Source of the DNA: Hamiltosporidium tvaerminnensis FI-OER-3-3
Taxonomy: Eukaryota > Fungi > Microsporidia
Direction: 5' to 3'
Assembly: GCA_022605425.2 (NCBI GenBank)
Contig: JAKIMF020000001.1
Span: forward strand, 558,001-622,000
Length of the DNA stretch: 64,000 bases
The notes beneath the pieces were generated by a model. That model saw nothing but the letters and a program-made list of their open reading frames with translations. It ran no database searches and was not told the DNA's origin. How positions within the stretch are numbered: the stretch's first letter is position 1; each line of letters starts with the position of its first letter. The position numbers were made by a program, and so were the translations under genes. This document shows positions 37,400-47,137 of this stretch, in pieces.

Positions 37400-38090
37400 A
37401 ACCACCTATCCTTAGTAAATTTCAGGTGAAATCGGTGTGCTAGCTATTTTTTGAATTTTGTTTGAATAAATACTTACTGAGTTCTCGTGGTGTTCATTGA
37501 AATTTGTATAGGGATGAGAAACTCTATAAAATTGTAAAACGGTTCCTAAAAATATATTTTGTAGTTTTTTATGTAACTAGATTATGAAAAACAGCTTTAA
37601 TGTAGGTAATTGCTATATAAAAGCATGGAAACCCAATATTCTTCACCTAAGTTAGAACACCTAGCGCCAGGCAGACAAGAAAATCATATACTTTAAAAAG
37701 CCGGAAAGGCTAAGTAGCATGCTATACATGTTTGTACGGCATCCACTTTCTAGGTGGCTCTGTTGTGTAAGTCTCTGAAATACATCTTAGCTAGAAGTTT
37801 ATTGGATTCGGAAAGTGTAGAGTAAGTCGGAAGGCTGTATGGTCTTAGAGAAAACTCAGTGATTTGCTTTGTCCGAGAAATACAACATACGACTTGTGTT
37901 AACGAATACAAGTGACATCTCTGTCGACATCTTGGGGTCTACATATCTTTTAGATAAGAAACTCTGCAATATATGGATATCGTAGGAGATACTTATGATG
38001 TGTTAAGATGCTATTATCTTTGTTAAACCTAGAACTGTGTTAATGTACTTAAAAAATATACTTATATCACTATTTTTAAAAGATCTGATA
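37400..38090 (+). repeat. Dispersed repeat family A, diverged copy
   Basis: AAAGCATGGAAACC, AAAAGCCGGAAAGGCTAAGTAGCA and TCTTAGCTAGAAGTTTATTGG.TT.GGAAAGTGTAGAGTAAGT are shared with the 15.4-kb copy. Confidence 0.85.
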
Positions 38091-38820
38091 TTGATTTATA
38101 ATGGGTATCTTTTTTTTTGTAATTTTTTTGCGATTTTCTTTGCATCCTTTTTTTATGCAGGATGGAATGATATTTTTTTTATTAAAATAAAATTAATCAA
38201 ACTTTAAAGAAATTTTAACACGGATTTACGTATATCACAAATATTTACTTTGTAAAGTCTAAAAAATTCTTATTTTGGAGAAAATATAAATAATAAAATA
38301 CAGAAAACATAATTTTATTTTAATAAAATACAAATATAAATATGCTTATTATTCTTTACTTTATAAACTTTACTCTATAGATTTTGATACACAAGAGGTG
38401 TCTAATATAAAATTACGATGAAAATATTTATTAAAGAAAGAAACGGATATAAAAATAGATACACAGGTATATAAAAGACAAATATACGCGTAAGGAAGTT
38501 ATATGGGATTCTATTTAAATTTCAGTATTTAGAATTATAGGGTAGATGTTTTTATGAATAATGCAATATTTAACAAATTCAAACACGAGGTGACTGCCTC
38601 ATAAGATTTAATTAAAGTTGGGTTTTTCGCCCTATAATTCAGATATTTTTTTTACTTTGAATTATATTGAAATTACACAATTTAAAAAGGAAGTAAAGTC
38701 TAGAAAAATATTATATTTTAAAAAAAAAATGTTTAAAAAAATAAATAAAATTTGGAGAAAAAATTTCAAAAAAATATTATATTTTAAAAAAAAAATGTTT
38801 AAAAAAATAATTGAAATTTT

Positions 38821-39705
38821 TTATTCAATTTTTTTCTTTTCAATTGCCATATTCCTTGTTCGACTCAAACTAAAGAAAGTTATTATTCCTAAAAATGTTC
38901 TAGGAAGTATTTTAATAACTGAATACATCAAAAGATGAGGAAAATAAGTAATTGAAACAGAAGAATTTCCAAATGAATTTAAAACAGAGTCCGCATATGT
39001 TTTAGCTGATGGCACAAAAAACGAAGGTTTTTTTATTTTGCTCATTTTGGTAGCAACGTATCCTGTATTAATACACTCCACATGTACATTATAAGGTCTC
39101 ATTTCGTAATGTAACGATTCACTCCACGATCTTATCATTGCTTTTGTAGAAGAATATACCGATAGAACAGGACAAGGCATGTCTCCTGTAAAAGATCCGA
39201 TATTTAAAATAACTCCATTTTTACGATTCATCATACTGATTAGAACTTTCTGTGTTAAAAGAAAAGTATTATAAATATTAACATTTATCATTTCTGAAAC
39301 AGAACTCTCCTCCCCAAATAACTTTGGGTGTTCACCAACACACCCAACATTATTTATAAGCATTCCTATTTCAATACTGTCATTGATAAACGAAGTAATA
39401 CATTCTTTAGAAAAATCACAAATTATTTTCTTACATTTCACGTTTTCTTTAATTATAAGTGAATATACTTCATCCAGCTTGGAAGAACTTCGACCCATAA
39501 TTATTATGTTATACTTGCGTTTAGCAGCATTCAATGCTAACTCTTTTCCTATACCATCAGTTGCACCTGTTATTATTATCCATTTACCTTTTACTTTATT
39601 CCAAACCACTTTATTTTTCAGTTTTGATATAAAAAAATTGTAAAAGTCTGGTACAATTCTTAAAAAAATGTAAAATGAGACGTATTTTATTATTGTGGAT
39701 AACAT
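38821..39705 (-). CDS. Short-chain dehydrogenase; very-long-chain 3-oxoacyl-CoA reductase (Ifa38/17beta-HSD12-like), 294 aa
   Basis: TGATDGIG cofactor motif, LINNVG, YSSTK catalytic motif and VATKMSKI. Start moved from the TTG at 39750 to the ATG at 39705, which is preceded by CCCT. Confidence 0.9.
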   Translation of the reverse strand: MLSTIIKYVSFYIFLRIVPDFYNFFISKLKNKVVWNKVKGKWIIITGATDGIGKELALNAAKRKYNIIIMGRSSSKLDEVYSLIIKENVKCKKIICDFSKECITSFINDSIEIGMLINNVGCVGEHPKLFGEESSVSEMINVNIYNTFLLTQKVLISMMNRKNGVILNIGSFTGDMPCPVLSVYSSTKAMIRSWSESLHYEMRPYNVHVECINTGYVATKMSKIKKPSFFVPSAKTYADSVLNSFGNSSVSITYFPHLLMYSVIKILPRTFLGIITFFSLSRTRNMAIEKKKIE

Positions 39706-40635
39706 AGGGTATTTGAAAAGAATATGATTTATAATTTTTTTTAAGTGCAAGGGTATGGACTATTGTGGATAAATTGATTGTATATGATAAGAATATGATT
39801 TATAATTTTTTTTTGTGCAAGGATATGGATTATCGTGGATAGAATATGATAATACAAAGTTAATTTTATTTATAATTATTGTTTGAGGAAGTAAGCAGTA
39901 TGAATGACTTTAAATCGATAGAAAATTTAAATTATTTGATAAGGCTTTGAAATATCGTATAAGCAATCGACTGATGTAGTATAAATTCTTAACCATTGAG
40001 ATTTAACCTGTAAATACAAATATTATCCATAAAAATCAATTTATACTTAACTTCTTATTGTTAGTAATGAGATAGGATTGAATTATGTATTACCAAGTGA
40101 ATTATTTTATATTTAATTTTTCTTATGTTTTTGAATTATTTCAAATCATAGAATATAAATCATCATACAATTATTTCTCTAATAATATATGATTTATAAT
40201 TGTATTCAAATCAATAGATTTAAATAGAGTTTATAATATAATTGAATAGCGTTGTGACGACGAGTCATCTTGAAATGTTTACTTGGTTTGAAAAATGTAA
40301 AACGGCAATAATAGTGTTCCAATTAAGAATATAAATCTTGACAATCAATAATAGTGCATAGAATTAGAACAGGTAATACTTAGAATGATTCTATTAGTCA
40401 AAAAAGGAAACTGAACCCAATATTGTTAAAAACCTATAAGGCAGTAGAAGATTACTTGAAAAACTATATAAATATTTTTCTTACTTTTTAAAAGTTTGAA
40501 TTTGCAAAGTAAAAGTTAATGTAATAAAGCTTTTGGCTTTTTATTTTAAGTTTTTTTACTAATACTTAAACTATAGTAAAGTAGAATTGAAATTGAACTC
40601 TTTTCTATGTGCGATCTATCTATATTTTAAAATAA

Positions 40636-40940
40636 TACCACATTAAAAACTATCTAGATTTCAATGAGTGTGTAGAAATTGTGCAAAAATTATTGTTTCT
40701 ATTTTGGTGAGATATAAACCACACTGAATTCATATACTAATCCCATATAATCTAAGCTACAACTGATTAAAAGAAGCAAACGTAAAACTTCCAATTGTTT
40801 ATCCTCGTCACCGAGGGATAAAAGGGGACTGGAATAACTAAATAAGTAAGCATTTAAATTACAATAATGTTATAATAAACAGTAGTAAATGTACTGGTTT
40901 CATCCTCGACACTGAGAGGTAAAAGAGGAAAGGAATAAAT
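40636..40940 (+). repeat. Repeat family B (shares ~110-bp head with family A, distinct hairpin-bearing tail)
   Basis: ACCACATTAAAAACT.TCT...CAATGAGTG...TTGGTG.GATATAAACCACAC, then TTTATCCTCG-TCAC-CGAGGGATAAA. Homologous to 51315-51550. Confidence 0.7.
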
Positions 40941-41004
40941 ATGTAAATAAATGTACTGGTTGCATCTAAATAAATTAAAAAAAAAGAACATCAAAACACT
41001 TGGA

Positions 41005-41690
41005 AAGGCTGTCTTAATTTACATTCAAGATAGAAATACATTTAGTAAACTGAGTAAATTTGATATCATTCTGAAAACTTTAGAAAATCAATTGAGGATT
41101 TGACAACTATACGATTGAAATTTCATCGTATAAAATACATGATTTCATAAAAAATGTAGTAAGGTGTATAAATTTACTTTTCTTTGAAGAAATATAAATT
41201 CAAATACTCAAAATATTAGAAATTCTTTGATCAAAAGAACAGAAAATGAGTTTGCGAAACAGAGTGAACACCAGAATAAAAAAAATATGTTAAATTTTGG
41301 AATATTAGATCAGATTTATTTGTTTTGGACGAGAGGTAGAGTATGATAACCCCATTGAAGCAGGAATTACTTCCCATTATTCTCTTCAAATAGTTGAAAT
41401 TGAAGAACTTAGGAATTATGGTTTATTACCAAATGAGTTGGGTCTTATTTATAAATGTAGTACAGAGATAATTCCTTATGTGATGATCTGGGACGGTATT
41501 GTGACAAAATACCATAAATCTCATCTTAAAAGACTAAAAATACGCATGAATTTAGAGGCATATATACAAACCATAGGTCTCAAGACGATAGTCGAAACAA
41601 TTTATTTTGACCGACGAAGATGGGCTGAGTCGAAATGTATTTACGATAAGGGCGAAAATGGTGTCAAATTTTTAAAAGATACATATTAAA
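41005..41690 (+). mobile_element. Decayed RLE non-LTR retrotransposon 3' fragment
   Basis: ORF 41438-41689 (GLIYKCS.EIIPYVM.WDGIVTKYHKSHLKRL) is nearly identical to the endonuclease region at 12.8-13.0 kb. Confidence 0.85.
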
Positions 41691-42225
41691 AAGCTCTGTC
41701 AATAACCTTTTTTGAAATATGTAGCAACCATCAAGAAGCTTTAATCCTTTAAATATTTTGATTTAAACCTTCATTTCAAATTAAACAATTTCCGACGAAG
41801 CGCTGGAAAAAACCTGATATTTGAGCTAAATATAAGAGACAAGGATAAAGCAATTAAAAAAGCGAAATATTTTCTTTCTCATGAATAGCAGCACCGAGTT
41901 CAACATTTAAATATATTTATCTTCCCAAATGAAGTTTCAAATTCTTCTTTTTCAAATAATTGGAACCTTTTCGGTTCATTTTTTTACGATATTTTACCTG
42001 TTTTAAACCCTTCCCTTCCAATTAATTTTAAATCTTTTTTTCATTGATTCACACTCTTTTTTACACCAAATTTTCTTCCATCAATTTATAACCTCTTCTT
42101 CTTATTACTTCATTCATCCTTACTCTTTTCTATACCCTTCTCTTTCAATCATTTTTTTAATAAATTGTTCTTCCCATTTTTTTAATTCCTGCTTTTCTAA
42201 AAAAAATAAATTCCAAAATAAATTT

Positions 42226-42238
42226 ACCCTTTAAAATG
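42226..42238 (+). promoter_or_regulatory. Microsporidian CCC-like start-proximal motif (representative instance)
   Basis: CCC lies within ~1-25 nt of the ATG at 3478, 24501, 32393, 34024, 39705, 42236, 42962, 45030, 54493, 58190 and 60768, usually preceded by an A/T tract. Confidence 0.8.
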
Positions 42239-42670
42239 GGAAGAATGCACGGCAGAGGAAAAGGTATTTCAAAATCAACAATTCCTTACAACAAGATAAA
42301 ACCAAGTTGGGTAACATTATCTCCCGAAGAAATAATCCAAGAAATATTATTTTTAGCACGTAAAGGTAATCCACCTTCAAAAATAGGAAATATATTGCGA
42401 GATGTCCATGGAATAGGACAAGTTTCATTTATAACACAAACCAAAATTTTAATGCTTCTCCGTATGCACGGCCTTGCACCCTCCATACCAGAAGACCTTA
42501 ACTCCCTTCTCTCTAAGTGTTATACCATGAGGTCACACCTTTCTAATTTTAAACAAGACAAATCTGCCAAGTACAGACTTATTCTTACTGAGTCTAAGTT
42601 ATACAGACTGGCCAGATATTATAAGAGAAATATGGCTTTACCAGCAAACTGGAAACCAAATTTTAGTTAA
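42236..42670 (+). CDS. RPS13: 40S ribosomal protein S13 (uS15), intronless
   Basis: MGRMHGRGKGIS...LRDVHGI...PEDL...DKSAKYRLILTESKLYRLARYYK. ACCCTTTAAA precedes the ATG. Confidence 0.98.
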   Translation: MGRMHGRGKGISKSTIPYNKIKPSWVTLSPEEIIQEILFLARKGNPPSKIGNILRDVHGIGQVSFITQTKILMLLRMHGLAPSIPEDLNSLLSKCYTMRSHLSNFKQDKSAKYRLILTESKLYRLARYYKRNMALPANWKPNFS

Positions 42671-42961
42671 AATGATATTTAATTATTTATGTAATATTTT
42701 TATATTGGTTGTAGTTTCTATTATTCTTGTAATTTTTTATTTTCATACATTTTTTATTTTTTGTATTTCTAATAAATCTTACTTACTAATAGTATTCTCA
42801 TTTCTAATAGTATTCTTATTTCTAATAAATCTTACTTACTAATAGTATTCTTATTTCCATTTTATCTTACTTACTAATAAATCTTACATACTAATAGTAT
42901 TATTATTTCCATATCAAACCTCCACACTTTTATTTCCTAAAAAAGACCCTTTTTTAAAAAA

Positions 42962-44470
42962 ATGGAAGAGGAAAGAGAAAATTTGGATATAAAAAAAGCA
43001 CAAAAAAAATTAAAAAAAAATTTATCTCAAATTCTGCATAAAAGAAAAAAAACGAACAATTTTGTTTCTTTTATAGATTTAGCAATCAATGGGACAAGTG
43101 TTTGTAAAGAATATAAAAGTTTTATTTGTATGAATGATTATAGTAGTAAGAGATTGTTTGAAACATGTGATACTTCTAGGTTAACTAGTGGTATGTTTAA
43201 TAGAAAGTTGTTATGTGCATTTGGTATTAATAATGTAGAAGAGAAGATGGAGAGTAGAGAGAAGATGGAGAGTAGAGAGAAGATGGAGAGTAGAGATGAA
43301 TTGGAGAGTAGAGAGAAGATGGAGAGTAGAGATGAATTAGAGAGTAACGAAGATAATAAGTATAATGAGTATAATGGTATTAATAAGTATAAAGAGGTAG
43401 AAAGAAGAGAACAAAATATTTCATTTGAAAGCAAAAATAATATTTTTAATTCTAAGAAAATAGAAAATAATTTAGAAATAAAAGTAAATAATGAGGGTGA
43501 TAATGGGTTTAGTAAGAATACCTATAATAAGGATTCTTTAACTGTAAATCCTTTTATTTCCTTGAATTCCTTAAATTCCTTAAATTCTGAGGTAAAGAAA
43601 GATGATAAAATTTATAATTTAAATGGAAATTTAAATCAAAAAAATGTGTCTTTTTTTGGGTCAATTTTAGACACCGAAATTAAAGATGAGAAAGAAAAAG
43701 GAAGTGTTGGAGGGTTTGGGTTGGTTGGAAGAGAAGATATAAGGAAAGAAGATATAAGTGTAAATAAATATTTAAATACTTCAGGCAATAAAATTAAAGA
43801 ACAAGATATATTGAACAAAGATTTGATTTTAGATAAATCAGAGACTTTTAAAAATGATAAAATTAAAGAAAAAAATATAAAACACAAAGATTCTATTTCC
43901 TCACCAAAACGACAAGAAAATTTGTCAAAAGTTTCTTCAAATGATCATTCTTCAGGTTTTCTATCAAAATTTACATTTTATGATTCTTCAGATATGCCTG
44001 AATCAGAAGATAAATTTGTAGAAATAAAAAATGAAATATCAGAAGATAATAAAATAGGATTGGTATCGTTTATTAACAGATCTTCTGATAATATAAATAA
44101 TAAATTTGAAAGTTCTTTTAATGAAATATTTAATAAAGAATTATATGATAGAGAGAAGGATGATAGAGAATTGGATAAACAAGATAATAGAGAATTGGAT
44201 AAACAAGTGAAGGATTATAAGCAGGATAATAGAGAATGGGATAACTCGTCTAATATGATTAATATAACTACAACCTCTACACAAAATAAAAAGCCGGAAA
44301 TTTCGTTCTTTGATCTATTAAATACAAAAAAAGTAGAAAATTTAAATATAAAAACAGAATTAAATTTTAGCGAATTTAAATTTGAAATTGGAAATTTAAA
44401 ACATATAATTTTTAAAGAAACACCGGATTTCAAATTCTTCTATGAAGACGGTACAGAAATAAAGTATTAG
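42962..44470 (+). CDS. Hypothetical low-complexity protein, 502 aa (possibly nucleoporin-like)
   Basis: Intact ORF with CCC before the ATG and AATAAA shortly after the stop. EKMESR and DNRELDKQ repeats. Scattered FG/FxF motifs. Confidence 0.75.
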   Translation: MEEERENLDIKKAQKKLKKNLSQILHKRKKTNNFVSFIDLAINGTSVCKEYKSFICMNDYSSKRLFETCDTSRLTSGMFNRKLLCAFGINNVEEKMESREKMESREKMESRDELESREKMESRDELESNEDNKYNEYNGINKYKEVERREQNISFESKNNIFNSKKIENNLEIKVNNEGDNGFSKNTYNKDSLTVNPFISLNSLNSLNSEVKKDDKIYNLNGNLNQKNVSFFGSILDTEIKDEKEKGSVGGFGLVGREDIRKEDISVNKYLNTSGNKIKEQDILNKDLILDKSETFKNDKIKEKNIKHKDSISSPKRQENLSKVSSNDHSSGFLSKFTFYDSSDMPESEDKFVEIKNEISEDNKIGLVSFINRSSDNINNKFESSFNEIFNKELYDREKDDRELDKQDNRELDKQVKDYKQDNREWDNSSNMINITTTSTQNKKPEISFFDLLNTKKVENLNIKTELNFSEFKFEIGNLKHIIFKETPDFKFFYEDGTEIKY

Positions 44471-44751
44471 TAAACATACATTTAAAATAAATAATTGTTT
44501 TATATCGTATCTATTGTATATCTCATTTCTAATTCTATCTACTATTTTCATATTCATATTTTATTACATTGTATTATATTTATATCTAAGATTTATATTT
44601 ATGTTCTTTAGTATTTATATGTAGGATTTTTATATTTTTTATGTTTATATCTCTTATTTCTATTCTTATCTAATATATTCAATAGTATAATAGATATCTT
44701 AACACTTCTTTATTATATCTCTATTATTTTCTAAATATCTCTTTCAATTAT

Positions 44752-45030
44752 CTATTTCTTATAAATTACCATATTTTCATTTAAAGGACTGTTTTTGCTT
44801 TTTCTAATTTTTATAGGTTTTCCATTTATGAAAGTACCATTATTTTCTTTTATAAATCTTAAATACTCCACACTACTACTAAAATCTATAAAAGCATACC
44901 CCTTATTATACCCATATTTATTTTTAGGTACTTTTATTTCTAATATATTAGAATATCCTTTGAATTCTTTTAATAAGGTTTCTTGTGTACATGATTTGTG
45001 TAGATTGGAAATGTGTGCGCGGAATATCAT
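44752..45030 (-). CDS. Small single-RRM RNA-binding protein, 92 aa
   Basis: RNP2 (AHISNL), RNP1 (KGYAFIDF) and NGTFINGKPIKI. CCCTTT immediately before the ATG. Confidence 0.85.
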   Translation of the reverse strand: MIFRAHISNLHKSCTQETLLKEFKGYSNILEIKVPKNKYGYNKGYAFIDFSSSVEYLRFIKENNGTFINGKPIKIRKSKNSPLNENMVIYKK

Positions 45031-45061
45031 AAAGGGTGAAATAATTATCGAATTTTATTCA

Positions 45062-45778
45062 AAAAAATATCACAACTTTTTGAAAAACAGTGGCAAGTGT
45101 TATATTTGTTTTCATGGCATTAATTTAGTTCTAGGTTTAACATAAAAAACAGCTACCTCGACACTATTATTAGCCTCTATGATACCTACATCTCAAAGCT
45201 TTCATCTAAAAAATGTTTAGGGACACGATTAAAGGGCGAGGCAGTTTTTCGGAGTTTGTTATGTCTGTGCATGGAGTGTGATCGTAGATTGAAACACACC
45301 TTAGGCTCTCCCAATATTCTGCAGCATCCCCACTTCATCTACGCTTTAAGAACCTGATTGGCTTCTAGCTATGATATATCTTGACGACTTACATGGGGCT
45401 CACCTAGACAGTGCAATGTCATACGAACAGGTATAACCTGCTACTTAACTTTCCTGGCTTTAAAGTATATTTTTATTTTTTCCCAGGCGCTAAGTCTTCT
45501 AACCCGAGTGAGCAAGGCTAGGTTTCCATGCTTTTATATGGCAATAACCTACATGTTTAGCTGCGTTCTGCAATCTGTTTACATAAAAAACTACAAATAT
45601 ATTTGTAGAAAAAGTTTCTCCATTTCTCAGACCTCTCCCCTTCATAACAACTCCCATGGAACAACCAAAGATGTAGTGTGGTTTTATTCCTAATAAAAAT
45701 CCAAACAATGACCTCGCACCAGTTTCATATACTCATTGCCAAGCAGAAAGTTTTTTATGTGGTTATTCTCCCTCCACA
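45062..45778 (-). repeat. Dispersed repeat family A, inverted copy
   Basis: Reverse complement begins TGTGGAGGGAGAATAACCACATAAAAAACTTTCTGCTTGGCAATGAGT and is collinear with 15387-16108. Confidence 0.9.
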
Positions 45779-46469
45779 TAATATTATTAAACAGAATATT
45801 AGATAATAAATAATAATAATATTACTAAAAAATACAAAATACAGTTTGATTAATATTATTAAACAGAAAATATAAAAATTAAAGATAAAATAACTTTATA
45901 AAATAAAATGTAAAAAACTGAATACAGAATACCAATTCGTATATTTTATATATGAATAGCTTTTATTTAGAATAATTTAAAAAAATTTAAGATTTTGTAA
46001 TTAAATTAAAATTTATGTTTTGTTTTATTATAAATATATTTGTATCTGGAAGTCTATCATAATAAATATGTAACTGTAAGTTTATCTGTAATTATTTTGA
46101 AAGTTGAATAGAGTTTTCTTTTAAAAAAGGTGTTTATTTTTATGTATTGCGTGTAGATTAAGGTTATATAAAAGAAAAATCAGTTTGAATAAGAAAGAAT
46201 ACATCTATTAGATTTATTATAATTTATCCTTAAAACATATTAATAAAATATTATTACTTAATATTTACTACTGTTATATCTTTTTAAAAATTCTAAAATA
46301 GCTTATTAATAATAAATTTTTTTTTATTACCTTGGTCATATAAATTAAATATTCATAGATATATCTTATATCTTTGGATTATTTATTGATAAATTATTAT
46401 TTAATATATTAGATCAATCTTTAGACAATTATTGATTTGATTAAGGTAATGTATTTATGTATCTGTACT

Positions 46470-46695
46470 ATGCCGGGTGCAGAATTGGTTTGATGTATTT
46501 ACTGCTTGTCATAAGATTGATTGAAAGGGTCCTAGTATTCCTGGTTACGATTGGGAGTAGAGACAAAAACCGACTTTTTAAAATACTTTGATACAAAACC
46601 CTGAAATGAAAGCAAACCAACTTCAAAAAAACTGGTGGGGTATTACTGAGGAAGGTCAAAGCTCGCAAGGCTGTAGTGCCAAGGAAGAATGAATC
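46470..46695 (+). mobile_element. Second, diverged RTE-derived SINE-like element
   Basis: CCGGGTGCAGAATTGG...CTGCTTGTCATAAGA head and ...GGTATTACTGAG...GGCTGTAGTGCCAAGGAAGAATGAAT tail, parallel to the 5614-5888 element. Confidence 0.55.
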
Positions 46696-47137
46696 TATTT
46701 ATGAGAAATAATTGAAATATTATATGTGTAATTATTATTCTGAAATGATAATCTTGCTTAATAATGTAGCTATTTAAGCTGAAAATTAAAATACTGATTT
46801 AAATATATATACGTTTAAATAATTATCTTGTTTACTTTTAGTAAATTACTACGATAGAATGAAAGTTAAATTACAGATTTAAATCTATATTATCTTTGAA
46901 TGCTTTACCTCTCTCAGCATTTATAACAAAATCAGATGGAGGTAAAAAAGTTAAAAACCTATTTTTTACTTCCATTTTTGGTGAAAAAATCACTTTTAAA
47001 GATTATTGGAACATTTTCTTGGATTTGTTTTGAAACATTTAATGTTTGATTATCACAAGAAATATCTGATCGAAACAGTTTCATAATCAGGAAAGGAAAA
47101 AAAGTATAAAAAAATGTTTTTTTTCTGAAACAAAACT

